A stretch of DNA of 64,000 bases from the human T2T-CHM13v2.0 reference genome, Homo sapiens: assembly GCF_009914755.1 (NCBI RefSeq), contig NC_060929.1. One strand, given 5' to 3'. Of the stretch, positions 34,113 to 47,021 are shown in pieces. The notes under the pieces were generated by a model. The model saw only the letters and a list, made by a program, of their open reading frames with translations. It was not told where the DNA came from and searched no databases. The position numbers and the translations under genes were made by a program. How positions within the stretch are numbered: the stretch's first letter is position 1; each line of letters opens with the position of its first letter.

Positions 34113-36144
34113 TAAAAAAATTTTCCAGTTTGCTAAAGTTAGCCTATTTTATCATTTTCAAAAGATGTATATATAAATATAATTTAGCACTTGGCCTTTG
34201 ACAGTGTTGCTCTGGTTGCCACAACATTGCTGCAATCAGAAGTGATCCTGTATTCACTCATTTATTCCTTTGTTCAGAAAAGACTGAGGGCTTGTTCTGT
34301 TTAAGTCACCATTGATAAGTACTCCAAGGAACACTAAGATGAATAAGGTATAATCCCTGCCTTATGGTTACTTATGAATAAGGCATTCTCATAAGTAACC
34401 ATAACTGAGTAGAGAAAATGAAAAATATATGTTTTAGGAAAACTGCCACTAGGAGATAAGAGTTCAGAGAAATCTACTTTAACTATGGAGATTAAATAAG
34501 ATTTTGTGAAGAAGTTGACATTTGGTGCTGAGCCTTGAAGGACAAGTAGAATTCAGGACAAGTGGAAGTGGAAAGGCATTATCGGTAATAATAAAAGTAA
34601 TGAAAGGGAATATTACTTAGCATATACTCTGCTATACATGTCATTGTGCTATTATATACATCTCACTTAAGGCTCACTGAAGCTCTATGAGATAAGTAGA
34701 ATTATCATCTCCAATTTACAGATGGGGAAACTGAGGCTTAGAGAGAAGTTAAATATTTTCCTAAAGTCACAAGATAGTTGAGCCAGGATTCACAGTCATG
34801 ACCTCACTATTAATAGCTATGTTATATGAATGGAGGCAGGAAAACATGGGGCCCACAGGGGTTTACATGGGAAACTTCTGGGAAGTAGGGAACATGTCTG
34901 TTTTGCTCACTTTTCTATGTCTAGGGCCTAGCAGTATCTGGTGCATTGCAGATGCTCAATACATATTTACTGAGTTAAAGAAGTGATTGGTCCACTGTTG
35001 CTGGAGTGTAGGGTCTGTGCTGGAAGGCAGTAAGACAGGAAGGTTAGTTAGGGTCAGGCTGTGCTGGGTGTGAATGTGGAGATTCAAAGTAGAGGCAGGG
35101 CCTGAGTCCATCATAGAGCCAGAGAGCTGACACAGGCAAGTGTGGTAGACTGGATCACAGTGGGAGTACAGTTAGTGAGGAAGCCCATCACGGGACAACT
35201 TGGGAAGTACAAAACTCCAGGGAGGGTAGTGGGGATGGGAGAAGAGGCTGCATAGGTAGAACTGATGAGAAGAGGCTGGGATGGTGCTTGTTTCCGACTC
35301 AGAGGGGTGAGTGTGTTAAAAGTTATTTATCAGACCTTCTTCACTGCAAACCGTCCTCCTCCTTGACCACCCCTCTTCCTCTGAGCCTCCTTTCTCATCT
35401 GTAAAGTGGGGATAGTCATGGAAAAGGATCGGCCTGGGGGTTAAACGAGGAATTGTGGAAACAGTCAGTCCCCACCCCACCTCCTCCTTGTATGTTAGCT
35501 ATTGCCATTTACATCTCCTTCACAGGAGGAGATCCTGGCTGAGCCTCTTCCCAAGAACTGAAATAATTACGTGACATGTGCCAGAAGGCCCAAGAGTCTT
35601 CAGGGTCTTGAAAAACACTCCTCAGCTGGCACTGTTTTTTTTGGCCAAGGCCCCTCCCTTTGCTAACCCCACTCACTTTGTGTCAGTATAAGAGTCTTCA
35701 TACCCAAGGGGCCCCATAGCAGAAGTAAGTGATTAGTGCAAGCTCTTCCAGGAACACAAGGCTCTTTGGAAAACCCAATCCAAGGAGGAATAAAACTAGC
35801 ACATATCCAGGCATATTAAATTTTCCTTCATAATAAGCACAGATAACTCAAGGAACCATTCCTCCTTCCTTTACCTATTCACTGCTCCCCCTCCAATAGA
35901 ATAAAATTTCATGTAAACTTTGTATTTTCTTCCTGCCTGTAAGCCAGATGGGCAGGTATGCTTCCTGTTTCATGGATGGAAGGCTCAGGAGGCTGCCCAA
36001 AGTCATTCAGCAAACTCGGAGATGGGACCCAGGTTATAAACCAATTCTCCCAGCTCTCTAGTCTCTCATGCAGCCTGCTGTGTCTCTCTTTAGGAAGTTG
36101 TCAGCACAAGGAGCAAACAAGCACATAATTAATTACAAATAGGT

Positions 36145-36875
36145 TTTTGTTTTGTTTTGTTTTGTTTTTGAGACGGGGTCTCACTCTATTCCCCAGGCTG
36201 GGGTGCAGTGGTGCAATCATGGCTCACTGCAGTCTCAACTTCCCACTCTCAGGTGAGGGTCTCACTCTGTTCCCCAGGCTGGGGTGCAGTGGTGCAATCA
36301 TGGCTCACTGCAGTCTCAACTTCCCACTCTCAGGTGATCTTCCCACCTCAACCTCCCCAGCAGCTGGGACTACAGGTGTGTGCCACCATGCCCGGATAAT
36401 GCTTTGTATTATTTTGTAGAGATGGTGTTTTGTCATGTTGCCCAGACTGATCTTGAACTCCTGGGCTCAAGAGGTCCACATGCCTCGGCCTCCCAAAGTG
36501 TTGGGATTACAGGTGTGAGCCACCATGCCCAGCCCAAATAGGTATTTGGACCCATTTTATTAATTTGGTGAGTTTTATTTTTTGAGACAAGGTCTCGTCT
36601 CACTTTGTTGCCCAGGCTAGGGTGCAGTGATGCAATCACAGCTCACTGCAGCCTCCACCTCCCAGGCTCAAGCAATCCTTCCACCTCAGCCTCCTGAGTA
36701 GCTGGGACTACAGGAATGTGCCACCACACCTGGCTAATTTATTTATTTATTTATTTGTAGAGACAGGGTCTCACTGTGTTGCCCAGGTGGGTCTCAAATT
36801 CCCGGGCTCAAGCAATTCTCCCACCTTGGCCTCCCAAAGTGCCGGGATTACAGGTGTGAGCCATAGCACCTGGCC
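36145..36875 (-). mobile_element. Two antisense AluJ elements (36145-36534 with internal duplication, 36575-36875)
   Basis: Alu consensus matches. Confidence 0.9.
36176..36337. repeat. 81-bp tandem duplication inside an AluJ
   Basis: Units start at 36176 and 36257 and differ at one position (ctctattcccc versus ctctgttcccc). Confidence 0.95.
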
Positions 36876-37471
36876 TAGTGTTTAAGCACATGATGTGTTT
36901 AAACTCTAGGCACAAGTTAGCCTGATCCTTGTCACTTTCTGCCTAAAGCATATTTTGTCTCTTTTTTTGGCCTCTCTTTTTTTTTGGCCACAGGTTAAAT
37001 ATTGCTCAATTATTTGGTTCCTCTAATTAGAGTTTACCCTTTAGAAAGATAGGATTCAACTTGTTTGGTATCTTCCTGAGGCCTAAGTATTTGAGGGATT
37101 CTCCATAAATACTTATGGATATGGCAATGGAGGGAAGAGAAGTAGGCTGTACAGAGTGGTGCAGTGAGTAAGAATAAGGCCTGGCGATATAGAACACCCT
37201 GAAAAACCCCACTCTGATAGTTAGCTGCTGCCTATGATGCTGAGTACCCACCTTACTTTCTTTTCTGAATTTCAATTGCCTTCCTTTGTAATTTGAAGAC
37301 AATAACCATTCCAGGACCTAGCCTGTAGTGCCTGGCACATAGTAGGGGCTCAGTAGACATTTAAGGAAATAATAACTATCCCACTGGGTTATTATGAAGA
37401 TTAAATGAGATAATGAATATCAAGTATTTCCCATAGAACCTAGCGTACACTAGTTACCCAATAAAAGTAGC

Positions 37472-37549
37472 TACTCCTGACTATTTGGTCATTACTCCTG
37501 ACTATTTGGTCATTACTAAATGGTCATTACTGACTATTTGGTCATTACT
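37472..37549. repeat. Short complex tandem repeat (21-bp unit tactcctgactatttggtcat x2 plus two partial copies)
   Basis: Read directly from the sequence. Confidence 0.9.
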
Positions 37550-37852
37550 AGTCCCCTCTTATCTGTGGTTTTGCTTCCTGATGTTTCAGTTACCTGTGGC
37601 CAACTGTGGTCAGAAAATATTACATACAATAAGATGTTTTGAGAGAGAAAGAGCACAGTCACATAAATTTTATTACTGTCTATGGTTATAATTGTTCTAT
37701 TTTATTATTTATTGTTGTTTATCTCTTACTGTGCCTAATTTATATATTAAACTTTATTATAGGTAAGTATATATAGGAAAAACATAGTATATATAGAGTT
37801 TGGTACTATTTGGGGTTTCAGGCATGCACTGGGATAAGGGAGGATGACTGTA
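37548..37852. mobile_element. MER44-type (TcMar-Tigger) element
   Basis: 'agtcccctcttatctgtggttttgcttcc...tttcagttacctgtggccaactgtggtcagaaaatat' with inverted end 'ggataagggaggatgactgta'. Confidence 0.8.
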
Positions 37853-37954
37853 TTTAGAAATATATGCATATAAAATACCATAGTTGGTTAGGAATCAAAA
37901 AAACCTGAATTCAAATCCCAATTCCATCATTTTTTTATTAAAACTTAAAAAAAA

Positions 37955-39418
<1,464 letters not shown>

Positions 39419-41051
39419 AGTGCATTTCAGTGGCAATGTGCAATAATTTACCTTCTGATTAAGAGTACATGTAATGAACTTAGTAGATTCCTGGTTTAAT
39501 TCATTGAGTAACATTACCTTCCTTGGTAGCTCTTTTGACGTACTGGCTTGTCTATAAAATTTACACAGCACCTTGACTAACATTGTCTCACTTGACCTTC
39601 ACATGAGCTCAGAGGGTGGAAGCAAGTCAGGCATTATTTACCCCCATTTTTCCACCAGGAGAGGGGTCCAGGGAAGTGCGGCTAGCTGGCCAAGGCTTGG
39701 AGGCTGAATAACCCAAGAGTTGGAAGTAGACATGGCATTACCTGGCTATCCCTACCAGTACTTCTCCCCCATACTGGTTACAACAATCCTACAGCTCAGC
39801 TTTGCTGGCTGGGGCAGTTCCAAGAGGCTTTTCATTCAGTCTTCTCCTAGATCCAGCAGGTCGTGTGCTCTAATTCTTGTTTTGGAGATGGCCAACATTC
39901 CAGGCTGTTATGTTATGTGAGCACGTGGGATCACAGCCAGTCAGAAGCCAGGACTTCTCCAAGTGAAGTCATAAGCACCAAAGGGATCTTGCTAGACACG
40001 CAGATTTCTGGGTCCAGTCCCAGACCGAGCCTGATTCCTAATACTTTGGCATCTGCGTTCAAAGAAGTCTTCCCTTATCACCCAAACAAAAGTAGCCCAT
40101 CTAGTCTAACTGATTACCACAGTTTAACTATTGTCTTCATAGATACTAGACAATAATTTATTACTTGTTTATTGTCTCTTTCCCCACCTTAGAATAAATT
40201 CCATGAGGATAGGGACTTTGTTAGCCTAGTTTATACCAAACCCGTTTCCTAGAACCCTGCAAGGCCCCCACAGTACGAGGTCAGTAAGTATTGAATCGAA
40301 TGTACACTGAAGTTTGAAACTGCTGTCATACACTGCTCCTTCATTTTACAATAGAGAAACTGAGGCCCACGAAGCTGGAAGTCACTGCTGCAGAGATGGT
40401 AAGGGGGCAGGGCCAGGATAAAATCTCAGATCTCAGAAGTCCCAATCCAGGGACGGTTCAACTCCGCCCAAAGCAATTCTTTAGAAAAAAAACGACATCC
40501 ACTTGAAAGAAAAGACATTTCCTGCCCATAAATACAAGGTTTCGCGGCGGGGAGAAGGGCCTGGCCTGGGTGAGGGCTTTAGTAATTCCGTTCCCACTTC
40601 CTAGGCGCCGGCTGCCCGCAAGGGCTAAAGACTCGCTTTCCAGGCCCGGAGTTGAACCCATCTCCGGGTAGTGTCGAGGCCAGGCCCAGCGGCGGCGAGG
40701 CGCGGAGCACAACCCACTGAGGTGCGGACGGCTCACCCAACCAAGGTCACCCGGGCGGGGACCGAAGGGGCCAGGCCCGCCGGGCACAGGGGAGGGGGCG
40801 GCGTTGGCGCGTCCTCGGGGCGGATGAGGGTCCTCCCTTCGGCCTCCTAGAAGTCAGGAATGACACTAATGGCTCCTTCCCCTGAATCTGACACCCAGCC
40901 TAAAGAGCACGAGCAGGCCCGGCAGGCCGCGTGGCCGGGTCCCATGTGCTCCACCTGAGGCCGCTCTCACGCGCTGGCCCTTTAAGATACCTCCCCTCCT
41001 CGCCCAGCCTTCTCTCCTATCCCCGTCAGCGCCCCCACCGACAACTCCCGA

Positions 41052-41068
41052 ATTGCATCAGGCACGTG
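41052..41068 (+). promoter_or_regulatory. C/EBP-ATF composite element (AARE/CARE, ATTGCATCA) adjacent to a canonical E-box (CACGTG)
   Basis: ATTGCATCA at 41052-41060 and CACGTG at 41063-41068. Confidence 0.65.
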
Positions 41069-41135
41069 CTCGCCCCCGTCCGGTCTGAGCGTCCCTACCC
41101 CCAGCCCGGGAGGTGCTCTGAGGAATCGGAGACGA

Positions 41136-41178
41136 GGGGCGGGGCGAGGGGCAGGACCGCGTAGCCGTGCGCGCGCGC
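41136..41178 (+). promoter_or_regulatory. Sp/KLF GC box and (GC)n NRF1/E2F-like element
   Basis: GGGGCGGGGC at 41136-41145; TGCGCGCGCGC at 41168-41178. Confidence 0.55.
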
Positions 41179-41340
41179 TCCCGCCGCCTCCTGCCCGCCC
41201 GTCGCCCAGGGCCCGGCCAGCGGGCGCGCCCCCGCTGCGCCGTCCCCTCCCCTCGCCCGCCGCGTCGTGAGGCGCGCGCCCGCCCGCCGCCTGCCGCGGA
41301 TCGCGTGGTCTGCTTGGCTCGCCGCGCCTCTCCCCCGTCC

Positions 41341-41721
41341 GTCCATATTGCTGCAGCCCCCGAGCCGGGAAGCCCGGGCCGCCCCGGGGGCGGGGGGGAG
41401 GGAGGGACGGGACTAGAAGCCTGCCGGGCTCGGGGTGGGGGCGTCTTGCGAGGAACGGGCGGGGGGGGACGCACGCCTAGGAGGCCTGGACTGCAGAGTG
41501 GGGGGCCTTCCTCCCCCCCCGCCCCGCTAGTGGGCCTCGGATTTACGGCGGCTGCATCTAACTGGGAGGGGGCCGCACCTCGCGTGAACCCCGACCCTTC
41601 TCTGCAGGGACTGGGGCCCAGCGCCCCGGAGGAAGGCGTCGCGGGCGCTCTGCTAGCCAAGTTCGAGGCGGGGGAGGCAGCCTCGGGCGCGCCCGGCTTC
41701 TCCGGGGGGGCGGGCGCGCAG
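41341..41721 (+). other. LARP1: Probable 5'UTR of LARP1 long-isoform exon 1 (start approximate)
   Basis: Initiator-like CCATATT (YYANWYY) at 41343-41349; no ATG seen between there and 41722; G-tract cluster 41386-41411. Confidence 0.6.
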
Positions 41722-42157
41722 ATGGCCACTCAGGTGGAGCCGCTGCTGCCTGGGGGCGCCACGCTCTTGCAGGCCGAAGAGCACGGGGGGCTGGTGAGGA
41801 AGAAGCCGCCGCCGGCGCCCGAGGGCAAGGGCGAGCCCGGGCCAAACGACGTCCGCGGGGGGGAGCCGGACGGCAGCGCTCGGAGACCCCGGCCGCCCTG
41901 CGCCAAGCCGCACAAGGAGGGCACCGGGCAGCAGGAGCGCGAGAGCCCGCGGCCGCTGCAGCTGCCCGGCGCCGAAGGCCCGGCCATCAGCGACGGGGAG
42001 GAGGGCGGCGGCGAGCCAGGCGCTGGCGGAGGAGCTGCCGGAGCCGCGGGCGCGGGGCGCCGGGACTTCGTGGAAGCCCCCCCGCCCAAGGTGAACCCGT
42101 GGACTAAGAACGCATTGCCGCCGGTCCTGACCACCGTGAACGGACAGTCCCCCCCAG
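41722..42157 (+). CDS. LARP1: La-related protein 1, first coding exon of the long isoform (145 codons plus 1 nt, phase-1 intron follows)
   Basis: Translates as MATQVEPLLPGGATLLQAEEHGGLVRKKPPPAPEGKGEPG...RRDFVEAPPPKVNPWTKNALPPVLTTVNGQSPP, the LARP1 N-terminus as I recognise it; ends at donor CAG|GTGGGT; 436 nt. Confidence 0.96.
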
Positions 42158-43059
42158 GTGGGTCTCCCTCCTTGCCCTCCTGGGTCCGGGGGCCTCTTCC
42201 GGGGACATGGGAGTCCCCTCCCCCAGCACCTCCAGGGCCCCGGGGTCTGCTACCGGTCATGGTGACTCGGGACTTTTTAAAATTGCCTCCTGGTTGATCC
42301 TGGTCGCCGCGCCCTCCCCCCCACCGTACACTCAGGGACCTGCCCCTGCCCGAGGGCCCGGCCTCCGGGAGGCTACGGCCACCGCCTGGGCCGCAGCGGT
42401 TAGTGGGCAACGGTGTGGTTCGGGCCTACCTCGTCGGCAGAGGGTGGGCGCTGGTTTCAGTGAAACGATCCCCACCGCATGCTGGTGTAAGAGACGGTTT
42501 CTGGTTTGAACCTTCCTCTGGAAGCCCCTCTTCCCACCCCGCCCGGCGCTCCCCGTTTTGGTAGCGTTGCGAGCGTCCCCATGTTGTAAATGTTTAATGA
42601 GCATATGTCACGGGCAACCCAGTGCCCGGCGCGGAGTACATGCTGGCCGCACGGATGCGGGGATTAAAAGTTAACAAGTTTTGTTCTCGGGGAGATGAAA
42701 TTGGGCTTTAGAATCGCCATTTGGAGACGGGTTGAGGGGTCAGTTGTGGGGAGAAGAAACCCATCGTGTCATCGAATTCGGTGGTTTCCCTCCCCGATCC
42801 CGGGCACCTTCCGCCTTAAGAAGGAGCCCGATGGCGAGTGTGCTGGGGGAGCCAGTTAGGAGGTTGGCGGAAAATGTGAGGCGGGTGAGGGGCCTGCGGC
42901 GACTTGAGGGGCGTGTGGCGGCGGGGGAGGGAGTGGCCGGCCTGGGCGGGCGGGTGACAGTTGGGCGCCATGCGCCGCGCCGGCGGCCCGCGGGCCGCTC
43001 GGCCTCGGCGTTCGGTGCGGGCCGCGGCGCTGGGGGTGGCAGGAGGGTGCGGGCCCGCG

Positions 43060-43254
43060 GCGCGGCCCGAGTGTGCGTGTGCGCGGCGCGGGTGTGTGCG
43101 CGTCCCCCCTTCCCAGCATTCCTCTGCAGCCGGGACAACGTGGTGCCTCCCCGCGCGGGGAGCGGCATGTGACTGCCGACCGGCGCTCCGCGAGTCCTCC
43201 CTCTCCCTCCTCCGCGTTTTGGTCCTTTTGGACCGTGCCCCTTTCCGGGGGGAG
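43060..43254 (+). other. Candidate alternative first exon in the 3' lobe of the CpG island
   Basis: Second CpG-dense lobe ending at a strong donor GAG|GTAAGG (GT at 43255); start uncertain. Confidence 0.45.
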
Positions 43255-43744
43255 GTAAGGGGTGCAGGAAATCCCAGCAGAGCCGTGTCAGCGTGGGGGG
43301 AGAGGCGGTGCAGAATATGGAGTCTGCTCTTGCATTGCCTTTGCCGAGAATAGATCGTCGGCTTGGGTGGGGGGGGCGCGCCCACTCTCCTCTCTCGGCC
43401 GGCGTATAGGGCGGGTCTCCATTCTTTGGTTTTGGGTCCGTTTGTGGTGGGTCGGTTTTAAAATTGTCTTGCAGTTGGAATGATGGCCTCTGGTCGTAGC
43501 CCTGGTGCTTTTAAAAAACTCACCTGCCGTAGCTGGTTGAGGCTAACTGGTTTAAACCATCAAAAATAAAGGGGGAGCTTAATGTCTTCACCGTCAAAGG
43601 AGTAGAAGCACTGCTAGTCCTAGGGAAGCCAGAATAGCCAGTCCTGAAAACAGCATGTTGCAATTTTTATTTCTTTTCAGGTTGCTTCATTTGGAGGAGG
43701 GGACATTTGGGGTTTACTAACAGTCCTTCATACTGTGTTCTCTT

Positions 43745-43892
43745 CCTTCCCCCCTGCTCCCCTTCCCCCCTGCTCCCCTTCCCCCCTGCTCCCCTTCCCC
43801 CCTGCTCCCCTTCCCCCCTGCTCCCCTTCCCCCCTCCTCCCCTTCCCCCTTCCTCCCCTTCCCCCCTCCTCCCCTTCCCCCCTTTCCCTTCC
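43745..43892. repeat. 16-bp C-rich minisatellite (CCTTCCCCCCTGCTCC, ~9 units)
   Basis: Five perfect units 43745-43824 followed by variant units. Confidence 0.95.
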
Positions 43893-45632
43893 AGAGCCCT
43901 TTTATGCAAAAGACAGTGCTGAAACCTCCGTTTTCTTTCAGTCCCTCCTATCCACCCACAGAGTGAAGGAAAACAACTTTAAAACACTCTTTGGTCCTTC
44001 TCCCCTCTTTAAACTCAAAAGGGTATAATCATCCCCGGGAGAGAGCACTCCTTTTAAATGGGGCTACTCATCCTGGCTTGGCTAATGGTGAACCTACCTT
44101 GTGGGTTTTAAATCAACCGTGACATCAGGTGGTATTGGGTGCCTGAGCTGGCATTTTGTGTAAGTCCAGGAGCCCTTGATAGTGTGCGTCACTGGGGTTA
44201 TTGATCGTGGGAAGAAGACAGCTTGGCTGGCATCTCACCTTTTCCTCTGAGTGGAGAAGCTGACTTGCTTTAAGTGCCCAAAGCAAAATTCTGAGTAAGG
44301 GTAGATTTGCTCTGTTATTGTTTTTTGGAATCTTAAGGCAAGAGAGTGTCTACTTGTTGGTTTAGAACCTTTGGAATAGGTTTTGACAGCCTAACTCAAG
44401 TTAATCCAGTAGCTTCTCTCTCTAAGCCTGTTGTTAGGGTTTGTGTGCATTTTGAGAGAGAATTCTATGATTGGGTTGTCAGTCTGGTAAGGCTAGATGA
44501 TGACCCTTTCTCTGGAGCCTACGTGGATCTCTGAAGTGCTTTTCCAGCCCTGGTTTTATTTACAGCTTCGACAAATTTAAACGTGACACTAGTGGAGTGG
44601 CTGTGTGGTCTTGGGAATTTTTGTGTTCTGTGATGCACATGTTTTTGGGAGTCTACAGAAATGAGTACCTCATAAGCAAACTAAAAGCTTTCCAAAGCTT
44701 GCTGTAAATGCCTATTTTTAGCCTTACTTTTGGCTCAAATGTTGGTGTTTTAGTTCTTTAAGGGACACATGCAGTAACTAGTAATAAAATATGTTTCGTG
44801 ATATCTCTACTTTCTTGTGGGGTTCTGTATTCTGGTTTAAGCGTCCAAGTCTTACATTTGTAGTTTTAAGTCTTGGGATTTGCATTTTGGTTTTTTAGAT
44901 CTCCCTCCCTCCCCAGAGTATTTTTAAATGTTTAAAATTTTTGTCTTATCCTAGCCATACCCCTTTTAAGTATAAGATCCAAGACGTCTAAGTTAAGAGA
45001 TGATACATAGCGAATATTCTGGGGTCAAACTGAGTGGGTTCAAATGCCACTGTACCACTTGTTAGCTGTGCTTCCTTGGGCAAGTTATTTAACCATTCTA
45101 TGCCTCACCTTCTTAATTTGTGTAATAGGTATTTATGATTCACCTGCCTCATGGGGGTATTACCAGCATTCATTGTTATGATAAGTGTATTTAGCCCAGT
45201 GCCTGGCAGGTAGACATTGTTACTTACTCTGGGTCTTGGTGGGACTTTTCCCTGGGTCTCTGGTTTTCTCTACCTGTAATATGATGGGGTTGGTGAATGC
45301 AGATCTTTCCTTTTCTTGTGTTATATAAGTACTCCGTGAAATGTATGGGATCTGTCTCCTTAAAACTTGACTTTTGCTTATCCACAGACATGAAGGGCAT
45401 GGATGGATAATTTAAAGGTTGCTGACTCTTAAGAATTAGCTATTTTTTGCTTTGGAATGTGGTGAGATGAATTTTAAAAAAATAAGTTTTAACTTTTTAG
45501 TTTGCCTTTTGTAAAGATTTTCTTTGGGGGGAGTTGCACGTGTGCTCTCAGGGATATGAGGAAAAGCCAGCCTAACTGGACTGAAAGTTTGCTGTGGCTG
45601 GTGCACATGTAGTGCCGTGAGACTTGAGAGTA

Positions 45633-46311
<679 letters not shown>

Positions 46312-46519
46312 TAGGTCTAAATGTCTTAAAATTTTTCTAGTATCAAAAATTTTTTTCTAAAACTCCCTCCCCACAAAAGAAAGAAACCAAAGTAGAGCTT
46401 TATATATGTGTAGCTTTGTATTTGCGTTGTGATTAGGAATCCAAGCTCTCTGGAGGCTGGAGAAACTCTTCTGGCTTCAGGAGCCTAAGTCGATGGCTTG
46501 GGGGTGTATAATGGAGCAG

Positions 46520-46940
46520 CCAGACATTATGTGCCTTACAGTGTCTGAAAGCACACAGCACTGCCTGAAAATTTCCTCCACCAAATAAAAACTGAACCTA
46601 AATCTAACAGAACCATAGATCCAACTGCCAGTTTATAGGGAAATGGGGCTACAGGAACAGACTAATTAGCCATGAGGTAGGCAGTTATTCAGTTTCTAAA
46701 TGTGAGAAATTCTACAAGACACACTATTTCCAATAAATAAATGGCATTTTTTAAAGGGAAGAACTGTTACAGATGAAGAAAGTTGAGACATCAGTCGTGC
46801 ATTGTTGTGGATCTTGTTTGGATCTTGATTCTTGACCAAATGTCCAAAGACATTTTGATGACAACTGAGGAAATTGACTAAGTTAAGAAATTATCTTATT
46901 TTGTCAGGGGTGATAATGGTATTATGATTGTTTTTAACTG
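46520..46940 (+). mobile_element. Old L1MC/ME 3' fragment
   Basis: 'aaactgaacctaaatctaa...ggatcttgtttggatcttgatt...tgataatggtattatgattg'. Confidence 0.6.
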
Positions 46941-47021
46941 TGTAACTGGATATATTGTGCACCCCCACCTAAGAACTGTTAGGTTAGTCTATTACATAAG
47001 ACTTAAGGCTTTTTCCTATTG

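Larger units (their letters stand above)
40545..43450. promoter_or_regulatory. LARP1: CpG island / LARP1 promoter region
   Basis: Abrupt rise in GC and CpG density; no Alu between ~39420 and ~45880; contains GC boxes and the first coding exon. Confidence 0.95.

Noticed and set aside
36628-36636. Second TGATGCAAT (ATF4-type) motif
   Set aside because: Lies inside an Alu and is explained by CpG decay of the consensus; treated as background
41167-42297. The 376-aa ORF taken as a single-exon gene
   Set aside because: LARP1 similarity runs only from ATG 41722 to the donor at 42157; the remainder is leader and intron read-through (a 191-aa intron-retention product is possible but unsupported)
42461-42486. 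Possible 24- or 26-nt micro-exon (TTTCAG|TGAAAC...GCTG|GT|GTAAGA)
   Set aside because: Very short pyrimidine tract and weak or ambiguous donors; not distinguishable from chance
41058-43385. Long antisense and alternative-frame ORFs in the CpG island (e.g. 41058-41729, 41730-42410, 42816-43385)
   Set aside because: Expected from stop-codon scarcity in very GC-rich DNA; low-complexity Pro/Arg/Gly/Ala with no recognisable domain
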